Source of the DNA: Atopobiaceae bacterium
GTDB taxonomy: Bacteria > Actinomycetota > Coriobacteriia > Coriobacteriales > Atopobiaceae
Direction: 5' to 3'
DNA: 64,000 bases
Assembly: GCA_030525685.1 (NCBI GenBank)
Contig: JAUNEG010000012.1
Span: 289-64,288 of the forward strand
Part shown: in pieces, positions 47,180 through 58,414 of the stretch
Numbering within the stretch: position 1 is the stretch's first letter
Layout: each line of letters begins with the position of its first letter
The notes under the pieces: generated by a model
The model's database searches: none
What the model was told of the DNA's origin: nothing
Seen by the model: only the letters and a program-made list of their open reading frames with translations
Made by a program: the position numbers and the translations under genes

Positions 47180-48238
47180 CTACCGCTCCTCGGGGTAGAC
47201 GACGCCCCAGTCGGCGCGCAGGCGCGTCATGAGCTCCATGACGTCGGCGGCGTAGCCGAGAAGGGCGCGCCTCTCGGCGTCCCCCGCCACCGCGGCCTCG
47301 AGGTCGGCCATCTCGTAGCAGAGCGCGTAGGCCTCCTCGCCCGCGCGCACGGCCTCGCGCCGCCCGTCCTCGGTCCACACGATCGTGGCCTCATCGGCGC
47401 GCGGGTACTCCTCGACCTCAACGTAGCAGCGGTCGAAGGAGAGCACCGCGCGCTTGGGCTGCTTGGAGCGCAGGGTGAGCGAGACCACGCCGAGCTGGCC
47501 CTCGGCGTTGCGGCAGACGACGCCGCCCGCCTCGTCCACGCCGGTCGTGGCCAGGTTGCCGAGCGAGACGACCTCGGTGGGCTGGCTCTCCATGAACAGG
47601 CGCATCAGCGAGAGCGCGTAGACGCCGATGTCGAGCATCGCGCCGCCGGCGAGGTCGATGTTGTAGAAGCGGTTGGTGAGGTCGCCGTACTCCTTGTAGC
47701 TGCCGAAGTTCAGCTGGGCGAGGTTCATGCGGCCGAACTCGCCCGCGCGGGCGCGGCGCAGCAGCTCGACGTAGAGTGGCATGTGCAGGATCGTCGTGGC
47801 GTCCATGAGGACCACGCCGTTCTTCTCGGCCAGCGCGCGGGCCTCGTCGAGCTCGGCGGAGTTGAGCGTGATGGACTTCTCGCAGAGCACGTGCTTGCCC
47901 GCGGCGAGGGCGCCGCGCAGGTAGCGAATGTGCGTGTTGTGCGGGGTGGTGACGTAGACGGCGTCCACCTCGGGATCGGCGTAGAGGTCCTCGACGGTGT
48001 CGTAGACGCGCTCGACGCCGTGGCGCTCCGCGAATGCCGCGGCCTTCTCGCGGGTACGGTTGGCCACGCCGTGGATGCGGCGGCCGGCGAGGGCGAGCGC
48101 CTCCGCCATCTGGTTGGCAATCACGCCGCAGCCAATCACGGCCCAGGTGAGCTGCGGCGCAGTAAAGACGTCGTCGGGGAACGGGCGGTTCTTCACGGCC
48201 TCGTGGGCGGCAGCGGCGGCGGCTGCGGCGTCGGGCAT
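47180..48238 (-). CDS. Gfo/Idh/MocA-family oxidoreductase
   Basis: WAVIGCGVIA, GKHVLCEK, GGAMLDIGVY. Confidence 0.9.
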   Translation of the reverse strand: MPDAAAAAAAAHEAVKNRPFPDDVFTAPQLTWAVIGCGVIANQMAEALALAGRRIHGVANRTREKAAAFAERHGVERVYDTVEDLYADPEVDAVYVTTPHNTHIRYLRGALAAGKHVLCEKSITLNSAELDEARALAEKNGVVLMDATTILHMPLYVELLRRARAGEFGRMNLAQLNFGSYKEYGDLTNRFYNIDLAGGAMLDIGVYALSLMRLFMESQPTEVVSLGNLATTGVDEAGGVVCRNAEGQLGVVSLTLRSKQPKRAVLSFDRCYVEVEEYPRADEATIVWTEDGRREAVRAGEEAYALCYEMADLEAAVAGDAERRALLGYAADVMELMTRLRADWGVVYPEER

Positions 48239-48374
48239 GGGGAGGTCCTTTCTCGCGCGAGGCTCTTCTCGCCCCCCCATGGTAGTCGAAGCCCCGGACG
48301 CGCCAAGGCCCGCTCGTGAATTCACGAGCGGCAGTTCCGTGCACGAGGCGCGCGGCGAGAGGGACGTGCGCCCG

Positions 48375-49064
48375 TCACTCCCCCGCCGCGGCGACGAACC
48401 AGCTCGTGATCGTGGTGGGGTGCGTGATCGCGGTGCCCACCACGACCGCCCAGGCGCCGGCGTCGAGCGCGGCGCGCGCGTCGGCCGGGGTGTGGACGTG
48501 GCCCTCGCAGACGATGGGCACCTCGGGGAACTCCGCGACCGCCGCGCGCAGGAGCGGCAGGTCGGGACCGTCGTCGAGCACGGTCCCCGCCGCCGCGCGC
48601 CCGTGCGAGAGCGTCGTGGAGACCAGCTCGCAGCCGGCGGCCACGCCGCGGCGGACGTCCTCGATCGTGGCGCAGTCGGCCATGAGCGCCACGTCGCTCG
48701 CCGCGCGCACGCCCGCCAGGATTTCCTCGAACGTCCGACCGTCCGGGCGCGGGCGGTCCGTGGCGTCGAGCGCCACCACGTCGGCGCCGGCACTCGCGCA
48801 CGCGAGCGCGTGGCGCAGCGTGGGCGTGATGAAGACGCCGTCGTGGCCCTCCTTCCACAGGCCGATCACGGGCACCTCCACGCGCCCCTTGATCGCCGCG
48901 ATGTCGGCGAGCCCCTGGCAGCGGATGGCCGCGGCCCCGCCCAGCTCGCAGGCGCGGGCCATCTGGGCCATCGTCTCGGGGTGGCGCAGCGGCTCGCCCG
49001 GGTAGGCCTGGACGCTCGCGATGACGCGCCCGCTCAGGGCGGCGGCGACGGGATGGACGGACAT
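48375..49064 (-). CDS. nanE: N-acetylmannosamine-6-phosphate 2-epimerase
   Basis: IASVQA, VIGLWK, ITPT, VGTAITHP. Confidence 0.9.
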   Translation of the reverse strand: MSVHPVAAALSGRVIASVQAYPGEPLRHPETMAQMARACELGGAAAIRCQGLADIAAIKGRVEVPVIGLWKEGHDGVFITPTLRHALACASAGADVVALDATDRPRPDGRTFEEILAGVRAASDVALMADCATIEDVRRGVAAGCELVSTTLSHGRAAAGTVLDDGPDLPLLRAAVAEFPEVPIVCEGHVHTPADARAALDAGAWAVVVGTAITHPTTITSWFVAAAGE

Positions 49065-49065
49065 G

Positions 49066-51051
49066 CTACTCCCCTCCCGCGGGCGAGCCCGCGTCCTTCT
49101 CGGCCGGATCCTCCGGCCCCAGCTCGTGCAGCGCCTGCCAGACGGCGCGCGCCACCTCGGCGGGCACGCCCGGCGTGGCGGCGATCTCCTCCTCGCTCGC
49201 GGCGCGCAGCCGCTTCATGGACCCGAAGCGCCTCATGAGCGCGCGGCGACGCTTGGGCCCCACGCCCGGGACGTCGTCTATGGCCGAGCGCGTCATGGCC
49301 TTGTCGCGCAGCTCGCGGTGGAACGTGATCGCGAAGCGGTGGGACTCGTCGCGCACCTGCTTGATCAGGTAGAGCGAGGGCGACCCGCTCGGCAGGACCA
49401 CCGGCGTGTCGTCCCACGGCACGAAGATCTCCTCGTCGGACTTGGCGAGGCCGCAGACCGGGATGTCCAGCCCCAGCTCCCCGAGCTGCGCCATGGCAGC
49501 GGTGAGCTGCGGCTTTCCGCCGTCCACGACGAGAAGGTCGGGGCGCGAGCCAAAGCGCTCGTCGGCCATGCGCTCAGGTGCGTAGCGCCGCCCGAGCACC
49601 TCCGACATGCTCACGAAGTCGTTCGCCTCCGTGAGCGGGGTCTGGATCTTGAAGCGGCGGTACTGGGACTTGTCGGGCCGCCCGTTGGTGAAGACCACCA
49701 TCGAGGCCACCGTGAAGTGGCCGTGCAGCGTGGAGATGTCGAAGCACTCGATGCGCAGCGGCGGCGCGTCGAGCGCCAGCGCGCTCTCCAGCTGCAGCAG
49801 CGCCTGGTTGGTGCGCTCGTCGGCATAGCCGGTCTTGACCATGTGGCGCATGAGGGCGTGGCGGGCGTTCTCGGCGGCCATGTCGAGCAGGCGGCGCTTC
49901 TCGCCGCGGCGCGGGTGGTGGAGGCGCACCGGTCGCCCGCGCTTCTCGGCGAGCCATCCCTCGACGACCTCCGCGTCGACGAGCTCGCAGTCCAGGTCGA
50001 CCTCGGCCGGAATGTCGGCCGTCTCGTCGTAGTAGCGCTTCACGAAGCCGCCGACGAGCTCCTCCTCGCTCACGTCGAGCCCCTTGTCGAGGATGAACTC
50101 GACCGAGCGCACCGTGCGGCCCTCGCGCACCACGAAGACGCAGGCGCAGCTGATGGTCTCCTCGCGATAGATGCCCACGAGGTCGGCGCTCACGTTCCCC
50201 GAGAGGACCACCTGCTGGCGGTCGTCGAGGGCGTCCAGCCCGTCGAGGCGCGCCTTGAGGCGCCCCGCGCGCTCGAAGTCGAGGTTGGCGGCCGCCTCGC
50301 GCATCTGCTCGGTGAGCTCGCCCACGATGGCCCGGCGGTTGCCGGCGAGGAAGCTCTCGACCTGGCGCACGTGGCGGGCGTACTCGACCGTGTCGATCAT
50401 GCCCGCGCACACGCCGGGGCCCCGGCCCACGTGGTAGTCGAAGCAGGGGCGACAGCGCTGGCCCAGCACGAGGTTGGCCACGGCCGCCTGCGAGGGGTCG
50501 CGGTCCAGCAGGCGCTTGGCGCGCTTCCACTCGGCGCAGGTGGCCGTGCAGATGGGCACCACCTTGCGCAGGGTGTCGATGGTCTCGCGGGCGGCGCGCG
50601 CGTCGGTGTAGGGCCCGAAGTAGCGCGTCCCCTTGCGGTGCCTCTCGCGCGTGTACTTGATCGCGGGGAAGACGTCGGACTCGGTGATGGCGATGAACGG
50701 GTAGCTCTTGTCGTCCTTGTAGTCGACGTTGAAGTAGGGGTGGTACTGCGCGATGAGGTTGCGCTCCAGCACGAGCGCCTCGTGCTCGGACCCCACGACC
50801 ACGTAGTCGAAGTCCTGCACCACCTGCATCATGAGCGGGATCTTCTCGCGCTCGTCGGAGAGCGTCACGTACTGGCGCATGCGGGCGCGCAGGCTCTTTG
50901 CCTTGCCCACGTAGACGACCTCGCCCTTGCCGTCCTTCCACAGGTAGCAGCCGGGGTCGGTGGGGACCTGCGCCACGCGCGCAGCGAGAAGGGCGAGGTG
51001 CTCGTCCGTCCCCCGGGCGCCCGCGCCCACCTGTCTGAGGTCGGCCGCCAT
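49066..51051 (-). CDS. uvrC: Excinuclease ABC subunit C
   Basis: GIY-YIG domain (YVGKAKSLRAR), IECFDIS, VRDESHRFA, HhH. Confidence 0.97.
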   Translation of the reverse strand: MAADLRQVGAGARGTDEHLALLAARVAQVPTDPGCYLWKDGKGEVVYVGKAKSLRARMRQYVTLSDEREKIPLMMQVVQDFDYVVVGSEHEALVLERNLIAQYHPYFNVDYKDDKSYPFIAITESDVFPAIKYTRERHRKGTRYFGPYTDARAARETIDTLRKVVPICTATCAEWKRAKRLLDRDPSQAAVANLVLGQRCRPCFDYHVGRGPGVCAGMIDTVEYARHVRQVESFLAGNRRAIVGELTEQMREAAANLDFERAGRLKARLDGLDALDDRQQVVLSGNVSADLVGIYREETISCACVFVVREGRTVRSVEFILDKGLDVSEEELVGGFVKRYYDETADIPAEVDLDCELVDAEVVEGWLAEKRGRPVRLHHPRRGEKRRLLDMAAENARHALMRHMVKTGYADERTNQALLQLESALALDAPPLRIECFDISTLHGHFTVASMVVFTNGRPDKSQYRRFKIQTPLTEANDFVSMSEVLGRRYAPERMADERFGSRPDLLVVDGGKPQLTAAMAQLGELGLDIPVCGLAKSDEEIFVPWDDTPVVLPSGSPSLYLIKQVRDESHRFAITFHRELRDKAMTRSAIDDVPGVGPKRRRALMRRFGSMKRLRAASEEEIAATPGVPAEVARAVWQALHELGPEDPAEKDAGSPAGGE

Positions 51052-51053
51052 GG

Positions 51054-52745
51054 CTACCTCTTGAGCCGCCGCGTGATCGACGAGAGCATGCCGACCTCGG
51101 GGATCCGGAGCGCGACGGCGGGGACGAACGTCACGACCAGCGAGACGATGCCGGAGACCACGACGTAGGCCAGCGCACGGCCCAGGCTCGCGACCTCAGC
51201 GGCCCCGCCCGCGCCGACGACGGTCAGCGGCGCGACGAGGGTCTCGAGCGCCCGGAGGACCGCGCCGCCGGCGAGGGCGCCGACGAGTCCGAGAGCCAGG
51301 CCGAGGACCGCCCCGTGCAGCATGGCCCGCACCCGCAGGCCCCTCAGCCTCCGACGCATCCAGACGACGGCGCCGGCGTTGGCGACCAGGTAGAACGCAA
51401 CCGTCGAGAACGCGATCGCAGGCATGCCCCCACCGAGCCGCACGCCCACGACGAGCGCCCAGACGACCTGCATGAGCGAGCCGAGCACCATGAAGACGGC
51501 ATAGGGTCGCATGTCCATAAGCGCCGAGCACCCCTTCTGCGCGAGCATGCAGACGCCGTAGAGCGGCAGCGCGGGCGCCAGGAAGCGCAGGTACTCGCTC
51601 ACCAGGCGGACGCCCTCGTAGTCGAACCTGCCAGAGCTGTAGATCATGTTGAGCGGCTCCGCGAACACGACGAGGTAGAGCGCGAACGGGATGAGGAAGA
51701 AGAGCTGCTCCGCCACGCCGCGCGAGAAGCCCGCGCGCACCGCGTCGTCGTCGCCGCGCGCCGCGTCACGGGCGAGCTCGGTGTAGAGGGCCGTGTTGAG
51801 CGACACCGAGATCAGGGCGTAGGGAAGCGTGTACCACAGGCGCGCGTAGGCGATCACCGACGCGCCCGTGCCCGGCTGGACCGCGAGCGCCGCCGAGTTC
51901 TGCACGGACGCCGTCACGAAGGTGCACGCGGTCGCGACCAGCGTGGGAACGCCGAGCGAGACGGTCTTCCTCAGCCGCCTGTCGGCGAGGTCGACATGGA
52001 AGCGCGGACGCAGGCCGTACTTGGCGAGCGCCGGGATCTGACATGCCATCTGCGCGAAGACGCCCAGCGTCGTGCCCACGGCGAGCACCGTCACCGCCAG
52101 GCCCGAGCTCATCGCCTCGAGGGCGGGGAAGGCCGCGAAGCTGGCGATGACCACCACGTTGTTGAGGGTGGGGGCGAAGTTGCTCCAGAAGTAGTCGCGG
52201 TGGGCGTTGAGCACGCCGGAGAACACGGACCCCAGGCCGTAGAACAGCACCTGGATCGCAAAGAAGCGGAAGAAGTAGACGGCTACCTCCATCTCCTCCC
52301 CGCCGCTCATGAACGACTGCGTCCAGATGAGGGCCGGGGCGAAGGCGATGGCGAGAAGCGATATGCCGCCGAGAAGGACGAGCAGGACCGAGAGGAGGTT
52401 CGAGACGTAGGCGTTGGCCGCCTCACGCCCGCCGCTGCGGCGCGCCTCCATGTACACGGGCAAAAACGCCGTGACGAGCATGCCCCCCATGACGAGCTCG
52501 TAGAGCATGTTGGGGAGGTTGTTGGCTATGTTGTAGGAGGAGGCGAGGTAGGAGACGCCGAAGGCGATGCCCATGACCCACGTGCGGGCGAAGCCGGTCA
52601 CGCGCGACACGATGATGAGACCCGTCATGAGGCTGGCCGAGCGCCCTACGCTCTCGTAGTCTCCAGACCCCTGGAAGTCGTCATCCTTCTCGCCCGTCTT
52701 TCGAGCGAAGTGCCGCCCCTGCGGACGCTGGTGTTTCGACACCAT
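51054..52745 (-). CDS. murJ: Lipid II flippase
   Basis: SRVTGFAR, NNLPNMLYEL, about 14 TM segments; start codon uncertain. Confidence 0.88.
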   Translation of the reverse strand: MVSKHQRPQGRHFARKTGEKDDDFQGSGDYESVGRSASLMTGLIIVSRVTGFARTWVMGIAFGVSYLASSYNIANNLPNMLYELVMGGMLVTAFLPVYMEARRSGGREAANAYVSNLLSVLLVLLGGISLLAIAFAPALIWTQSFMSGGEEMEVAVYFFRFFAIQVLFYGLGSVFSGVLNAHRDYFWSNFAPTLNNVVVIASFAAFPALEAMSSGLAVTVLAVGTTLGVFAQMACQIPALAKYGLRPRFHVDLADRRLRKTVSLGVPTLVATACTFVTASVQNSAALAVQPGTGASVIAYARLWYTLPYALISVSLNTALYTELARDAARGDDDAVRAGFSRGVAEQLFFLIPFALYLVVFAEPLNMIYSSGRFDYEGVRLVSEYLRFLAPALPLYGVCMLAQKGCSALMDMRPYAVFMVLGSLMQVVWALVVGVRLGGGMPAIAFSTVAFYLVANAGAVVWMRRRLRGLRVRAMLHGAVLGLALGLVGALAGGAVLRALETLVAPLTVVGAGGAAEVASLGRALAYVVVSGIVSLVVTFVPAVALRIPEVGMLSSITRRLKR

Positions 52746-52935
52746 CACCCTCCTCGTTTCCGTCCTGGTCTCCTGATTGTATCGACTCGCGTCCTGCCAC
52801 GCTGCCTCTGCCATCGTTTCATGCAGAAACGGCGCATATGCGCGCGGCGTCACGGGCGGACGCTATACTTTCTTCTCTGACGTCGCGCCGCGTGCGGGTC
52901 GTCCGGTAACCATGCCCCGCGTAGGAAGGCGCCCC

Positions 52936-54186
52936 ATGAGGTTCGTCGACCGTGAGTTCGTTCCCGTGCTCCTGGGAGGAGACATCAACGCCTACTCCGT
53001 CGCACGTGCCTTCTACGAACAGTACCAGGTGAAGAGCATCGTGATCGGCAAGTACGGGACCGGCCCCTCCTACCGCAGCCGCATAGCCGACTACCGGCAC
53101 GACCCCGCGATTGACACCTACGACACCCTCCTGCGCACGGTCAACGCCATCGCCGGCGAGCACGCCGACAAGACGGTCGTGCTCATGGGCTGCGGGGACA
53201 GCTACGTCGCACTCGTGGCGCAGGCCAAGGACGCCGGGGCGCTCGCCGACAACGTCGTCGCGCCGTACGGGCCCTTCGAGATCATGGACAGCGCCCAGCG
53301 CAAGGAGGTCTTCTACCAGCTTTGCGAGAAGCACGGGGTGCCCTATCCGCACACCCTCACCTTCACGCGAGAGATGCTGACTCCCGACGGCGAGCCGCTC
53401 TCCGCCCTCGACGCCATCGACTTCCCCTACCCGATGATCCTCAAGCCCTCCGACGGCATCGAGTACTGGGCGCATCCCTTCGCCTCGCAGGAGAAGGCCT
53501 ATGCCATATCCTCGCGCGAGGAGCTGGAGTCCACCATCCGCGACGTCTACGCCTCCGGCTATTCCGACGACCTCATCATCCAGGACCGCGTGCCCGGCAA
53601 CGACGAGCGCATGCGCGTGCTCACGAGCTACTCCGACCAGACGGGCACGGTGCGCATGATGTGCCTGGGCCACGTCCTTCTCGAGGAGCACGAGCCCCAC
53701 GCGGTGGGCAACCACGCCGTGATCATCACCGAGCCGAACGACGAGCTCTGCGAGAGCGTCCGCGCGCTTCTGGAGGACCTGCGCTTCGTGGGCTTCTCCA
53801 ACTTCGACGTCAAGTACGACGAGCGCGACGGCTCGTTCAAGTTCTTCGACTTCAACACGCGCCAGGGCCGCAGCAACTACTACGTGACGGGCTCCGGCCT
53901 CAACGTCGCCAAGTACGTCGTTGAGGAGTACGTCTACCACCGTCCCTTCGAGCCCGCCTTCGAGACGGCGTGCGAGGAGCACCTCTGGACGGTCCTTCCC
54001 TACCGTGCGATCGACGAGTTCGTCCGCGACGCGGGGCTGCGCGACCTCGCCCACCGGCTCATCCGCGAGGGCAAGGCGGTCAACCCCGTCTTCATGAGGG
54101 GCGACAACGTCCCGCACCGCTGGCTGCGCATGGTGCGCCAGCACTTCCGCTGTCTCGCGCAGATGCGCCGGTACTATCACGACTAG
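52936..54186 (+). CDS. ATP-grasp carboxylate-amine ligase (D-aspartate ligase-like)
   Basis: LLGGDINAYSVARAF, ILKP, GFSNFDVK, NTRQGRSNYY; adjacent to a racemase. Confidence 0.85.
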   Translation: MRFVDREFVPVLLGGDINAYSVARAFYEQYQVKSIVIGKYGTGPSYRSRIADYRHDPAIDTYDTLLRTVNAIAGEHADKTVVLMGCGDSYVALVAQAKDAGALADNVVAPYGPFEIMDSAQRKEVFYQLCEKHGVPYPHTLTFTREMLTPDGEPLSALDAIDFPYPMILKPSDGIEYWAHPFASQEKAYAISSREELESTIRDVYASGYSDDLIIQDRVPGNDERMRVLTSYSDQTGTVRMMCLGHVLLEEHEPHAVGNHAVIITEPNDELCESVRALLEDLRFVGFSNFDVKYDERDGSFKFFDFNTRQGRSNYYVTGSGLNVAKYVVEEYVYHRPFEPAFETACEEHLWTVLPYRAIDEFVRDAGLRDLAHRLIREGKAVNPVFMRGDNVPHRWLRMVRQHFRCLAQMRRYYHD

Positions 54187-54194
54187 GGGGCGGC

Positions 54195-54896
54195 ATGGAG
54201 AAGCTCGGCGTGATCGGGGGCATGGGCCCGGAGGCAACCGCGTACTACTATGACCAGGTGGTGCGGCACACCCAGGCCGCGACCGACCAGGACCACATCG
54301 ACATGGTCATCCTCTCCTGCGCCTCCATGCCCGACCGCACGCGCGCGATCCAGACCGGGGACGCCCGGTCGCTGCTCACGACGATGCGCTCGTGCGTGCA
54401 GCTGCTCGAGCAGGCAGGGTGCGCCCGCATCGCCATCCCCTGCAACACGTCGCACTTCTTCTACGACCAGATCCAGGCGTTCACCGGCATCCCCGTCATC
54501 CACATGCCGCGCGAGGCCGTCCGGGAGACCGTGGTCATGGGCGGCGCCCGCCGCGTGGGAGTCATGGGGACGGACGGCACGGTCGCCTCGGGCGTGTACG
54601 CCCGCGAGTGCGAGGCACTGGGCGCGACGTGCGTCACTCCCCCCGCGGAGCTCCAGGCCAGCGTCATGTCCATCATCTACGACGACGTCAAGGCGGGACG
54701 GGACCCCGACCTCGACGCGTTCGACCGCGTGATCGAGTGGTTTCTGGACGAGGGCGCCTGCGACAGCGTGATCCTCGCCTGCACCGAGCTCTCCGTGGTC
54801 TCGCAGTGCCGCCGCCTTCCCGAGGCGGTGCGCGACGCCATGGACGTGCTCGTGCGCAAGTCGATCCTGCTCTCGGGGGCGCGCTACCGCGCCTAG
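54195..54896 (+). CDS. Aspartate racemase
   Basis: GVIGGMGPEAT, PCNTSH, LACTELS. Confidence 0.9.
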   Translation: MEKLGVIGGMGPEATAYYYDQVVRHTQAATDQDHIDMVILSCASMPDRTRAIQTGDARSLLTTMRSCVQLLEQAGCARIAIPCNTSHFFYDQIQAFTGIPVIHMPREAVRETVVMGGARRVGVMGTDGTVASGVYARECEALGATCVTPPAELQASVMSIIYDDVKAGRDPDLDAFDRVIEWFLDEGACDSVILACTELSVVSQCRRLPEAVRDAMDVLVRKSILLSGARYRA

Positions 54897-55210
54897 CGCC
54901 GCCGCGCGTCGAGCTCGCCGGCGAGCTCGTCAAGCGTCACCCCGTAGCGCTCGAGCGCGACGAGCAGGTGGTAGACGAGGTCGGCGGCCTCGTAGCGGAT
55001 ATGGTCGTGGTCGCGGTCCTTGCAGGCCATGACAACCTCGGTCGCCTCCTCGGTGAGCTTCTTGAGCAGACCGTCCTCCTTGCCCTGGAGCAGCCGAGCC
55101 GTGTAGGATGCCTCCGGCGAGGCGTCGCGACGGCCGTGAATCACGGCCGCGAGGCCGGCAATGGTCTCCCCCAGGTTCCCGTCGACGACGTTCTCCGTAC
55201 GCTCGCCCAT
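54893..55210 (-). CDS. hisE: Phosphoribosyl-ATP diphosphatase
   Basis: SYTARLL, KKLTEEATE, EAADLVYH. Confidence 0.92.
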   Translation of the reverse strand: MGERTENVVDGNLGETIAGLAAVIHGRRDASPEASYTARLLQGKEDGLLKKLTEEATEVVMACKDRDHDHIRYEAADLVYHLLVALERYGVTLDELAGELDARRR

Positions 55211-55566
55211 CACACGTCTCCGTTCTTCTCGTCCGCCCCGTCGTCGAGCCCCCTGAAGAAGCAGCTCCGATTCCCCGTGTGGCACGCGGGGCCCGGCGAG
55301 TCCACCTCCACGAGCAGCGTATCGGCGTCGCAGTCCACGAGCACGCGCCGCACCCGCTGGACGTTTCCGCTGGTGGCTCCCTTGTTCCAGAGCTCCTGCC
55401 TGCTGCGGCTCCAGAACCACGTGGTCCCCGTCTCCAGGGTCAGGCGCAGCGACTCCGCGCTCATCCATGCCACCATGAGGACCTCGCCAGTGCCCTCCTG
55501 CTGAACCACCGCGGGAACGAGGCCGCGGTCGTCAAAGCGCACGTCGGAAATCGAGATCAGCTCCAT
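55210..55566 (-). CDS. hisI: Phosphoribosyl-AMP cyclohydrolase
   Basis: [27 protein letters not shown]. Confidence 0.93.
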   Translation of the reverse strand: MELISISDVRFDDRGLVPAVVQQEGTGEVLMVAWMSAESLRLTLETGTTWFWSRSRQELWNKGATSGNVQRVRRVLVDCDADTLLVEVDSPGPACHTGNRSCFFRGLDDGADEKNGDV

Positions 55567-55666
55567 GGTCCTCCCCTTCCCTTCCCGTGTCTCGGCGAAC
55601 CATGCACACCCCGTGATTTTATGCCCTCGAGGGGCGGGTTCCGACGGGTGTGTATGGTCGCCCGCC

Positions 55667-56434
55667 CTAGAAGTCCAGGCGCACCGGGATGCCCTGGCTC
55701 GCCATGTACTCCTTGACCTGGCGGATCGTGAACGTGCCGAAGTGGAAGACGCTCGCCGCGAGCACGGCGTCGGCCTCGCCCTCCAGGATGCCCTCGGCGA
55801 AGTGCTCGAGCGTGCCCACGCCGCCGGACGCGATGACGGGGATGGGAACGGCGCGCGCCACCGCACGGGTGAGCGCGAGGTCGAAGCCGTCCTTGGTGCC
55901 GTCGCGGTCCATGCTCGTGAGCAGGATCTCGCCGGCGCCGCGGCGCGCGGCCTCCTCGGCCCAGGCCACGGCGTCGATGCCGGTGGCCTGCCGACCTCCG
56001 GCCAGGTAGACCTCCCAGCGGTCCTCGCGGCCCACGCGCTTGGCGTCGATCGCGCAGATAACGGCCTGCGAGCCGAAGGCCGTGGCCGCGGCGGTGATGA
56101 GGCTTGGGTCGCGCACGGCCGCGGAGTTGACCGAGACCTTGTCGGCGCCCGCCGCGATCATCGCGCGGCAGCCCGCGACGTCGCGGAAGCCGCCGCCCAC
56201 CGTGTAGGGGATGCGGAGCTCGGCGGCAGCGCGGCTGGCCAGCTCGATCGTGGTGGCGCGGTCGTCCGAGGTGGCCGTGATGTCCAGGAACACGACCTCG
56301 TCGGCGCCCTCGCGGTCGTACGTGCGCGCCAGCTCCACGGGGTCGCCGGCGTCGCGCAGGTCCACGAAGTTGACGCCCTTCACCACACGGCCGTCGTGTA
56401 CGTCCAGGCACGGAATGACGCGCTTGGTCAGCAT
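55667..56434 (-). CDS. hisF: IGP synthase cyclase subunit
   Basis: [23 protein letters not shown]. Confidence 0.96.
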   Translation of the reverse strand: MLTKRVIPCLDVHDGRVVKGVNFVDLRDAGDPVELARTYDREGADEVVFLDITATSDDRATTIELASRAAAELRIPYTVGGGFRDVAGCRAMIAAGADKVSVNSAAVRDPSLITAAATAFGSQAVICAIDAKRVGREDRWEVYLAGGRQATGIDAVAWAEEAARRGAGEILLTSMDRDGTKDGFDLALTRAVARAVPIPVIASGGVGTLEHFAEGILEGEADAVLAASVFHFGTFTIRQVKEYMASQGIPVRLDF

Positions 56435-57180
56435 AGGCCCCCCTCAGTCGAAAAGGCGGCGAGGGCGTCCTCGAGCGAGAAGGACCCCTCGTAGAGGGCG
56501 CGACCGGTGATGGCGCCCTCGATGACGTCCGGGCCGAGGGCCGAAAGCGCCCGCAGGTCGTCCAGGCTCGCGATGCCGCCCGAGGCGACCACCGGAAAGC
56601 CCGCCACCCCCGCGACGTGACGGTACGCCTCGGCGTCGATGCCGCAGCGCATCCCGTCGCGGGCCACGTCGGTGAAGACCAGGTGGCGATACCCCAGCTC
56701 GGCGAGGCGGGCGACGAGCTCGTCGGCGGAGAGCGACGCGCCCTCGCGCCAACCGTTCACGCGCACCTCCCCGGCTCGCGCGGCCACGTCGGCGACGACG
56801 AGCTCGCCGAACTCGCGGGCCGCCGCCTCGGCGAAGCCGGGGTCGCGCACGAGCGCAGTCCCAATCGCGATGCGCCGCACGCCCTGGCCCGCCAGGCGCT
56901 CCACCGCGGCCATCGAGCGCACGCCGCCCCCGGCGTCCACCGAGATGCCGTCCACGGCGCAGATCGCGCGGATCGCGGCGTCGTTGGCCGCGCGCGCGGC
57001 CTCGTCCTCCTCGAGCGTGGCAGAGAGGTCAACCACGTGGACCCAGCGCGCCCCGGCGTCGCGGAAGGACTCGGCCACCGCCGCCGGGTCGTCGGAGTAG
57101 ACGTCCATGCGAGAGCGCTCGCCGTTCGCGAGTCGCACCACACGCCCGCCCACCAGGTCGATCGCCGGGAAGAGGATCAT
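56428..57180 (-). CDS. hisA: ProFAR isomerase
   Basis: LFPAIDL, GGGVRS, TDVARDG, ASGG. Confidence 0.93.
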   Translation of the reverse strand: MILFPAIDLVGGRVVRLANGERSRMDVYSDDPAAVAESFRDAGARWVHVVDLSATLEEDEAARAANDAAIRAICAVDGISVDAGGGVRSMAAVERLAGQGVRRIAIGTALVRDPGFAEAAAREFGELVVADVAARAGEVRVNGWREGASLSADELVARLAELGYRHLVFTDVARDGMRCGIDAEAYRHVAGVAGFPVVASGGIASLDDLRALSALGPDVIEGAITGRALYEGSFSLEDALAAFSTEGGLC

Positions 57181-57830
57181 GCGGCACCCCCCGCCAGGCG
57201 CACGAAGCTGCGCAGGATCTGAAGGCCCACCGCCGAGCTCTTCTCGGGGTGGAACTGCACGCCGTAGGTGTTGGCGCCGTCCCAGGCCGCGGAGGCGAAG
57301 CTGCGGGCGTAGTGCGTGCGCGCGGCCACGAGCTCCGCCGGCACGTCGTCCGCGAGCGCATACGAGTGGGTGAAGTAGACGTGCGCGCCCTCCGCCACGT
57401 CCGCGAAGAGCGGGCAGGAGCGGCCGAGCGGCGTGAGGTCGAGCTGGTCCCAGCCCACGTGCGGCACCTTGAGCCGCGTGGACTCCAGGCGCGTGGCGGA
57501 CCCCGCCATGACGCCCAGCCCCGCCGCCCACGAGCCGTCGTCCGTCTCGCTTCCGCGCTCGAAGAGCAGCTGGAGGCCCAGGCAGATGCCCAGGAACGGC
57601 ACGCCGCGACCAAGTGCGGCGAGAAGGGCCTCGCGCTGGCCGCTCTCCCCCAGGTAGGCCGCCGCGTCGCCGAAGCTGCCCACTCCGGGGAGCACCAGCG
57701 CGTCGGCGGCGGCGATCGCCGCCGGGTCGTCCGTCACGACCGCCGTGCCGCCGGCCTCGACCAGCCCCCGCTCCACCGAGCGCAGGTTGCCCTTGTGGTA
57801 GTCGACGATGACGATCGGGCGCGCCGTCAC
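57177..57830 (-). CDS. hisH: IGP synthase glutaminase subunit
   Basis: [19 protein letters not shown]. Confidence 0.95.
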   Translation of the reverse strand: MTARPIVIVDYHKGNLRSVERGLVEAGGTAVVTDDPAAIAAADALVLPGVGSFGDAAAYLGESGQREALLAALGRGVPFLGICLGLQLLFERGSETDDGSWAAGLGVMAGSATRLESTRLKVPHVGWDQLDLTPLGRSCPLFADVAEGAHVYFTHSYALADDVPAELVAARTHYARSFASAAWDGANTYGVQFHPEKSSAVGLQILRSFVRLAGGAA

Positions 57831-58414
57831 AGCGAGCCCTTCGTGGAGGGCACGCCGTCGACGCGTGGGTCGCCCTCGACGGCCTCGCGCAGGGCGCGCG
57901 CCGCAGCCTTGAACGTTGCCTCGATGATGTGATGGGCGTTCTCGCCGGTGACGAGGCGCAGGTGCAGCGTGATGCCGGCCTCGCGAGCGAGCCCGACGAA
58001 GAACTCCTTCGCGAGCTCGGTGTCGAAGGCCCCCACCTTGGCGGGACCGATGGGCACGTCCCAGTAGAGCCCGCCACGGCCGGAGACGTCAACGGACGCC
58101 ATGACGAGCGCCTCGTCGAGCGGCACCATCACGGAGCCGAAGCGGCGGATGCCGCGCTTGTCGCCGAGCGCCTCGCGCAGCGCCTGGCCGAGCACGATGC
58201 CCGTGTCCTCGACGGTGTGGTGGTCGTCCACCTCGGTGTCGCCCTTGGCGCGCACCGTGAGGTCCACGAGCGAGTGACGCGCGAGCGCGCAGAGCATGTG
58301 GTCGAAGAAGCCCACGCCCGTCTCGACGTCGGCGGCACCGGTGCCGTCCAGGTCCACGGAGATCCCGATGTCCGTCTCTGCGGTGGCGCGGACGACCTTG
58401 GCGGTCCTTGTCAT
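57827..58414 (-). CDS. hisB: Imidazoleglycerol-phosphate dehydratase
   Basis: [21 protein letters not shown]. Confidence 0.95.
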   Translation of the reverse strand: MTRTAKVVRATAETDIGISVDLDGTGAADVETGVGFFDHMLCALARHSLVDLTVRAKGDTEVDDHHTVEDTGIVLGQALREALGDKRGIRRFGSVMVPLDEALVMASVDVSGRGGLYWDVPIGPAKVGAFDTELAKEFFVGLAREAGITLHLRLVTGENAHHIIEATFKAAARALREAVEGDPRVDGVPSTKGSL

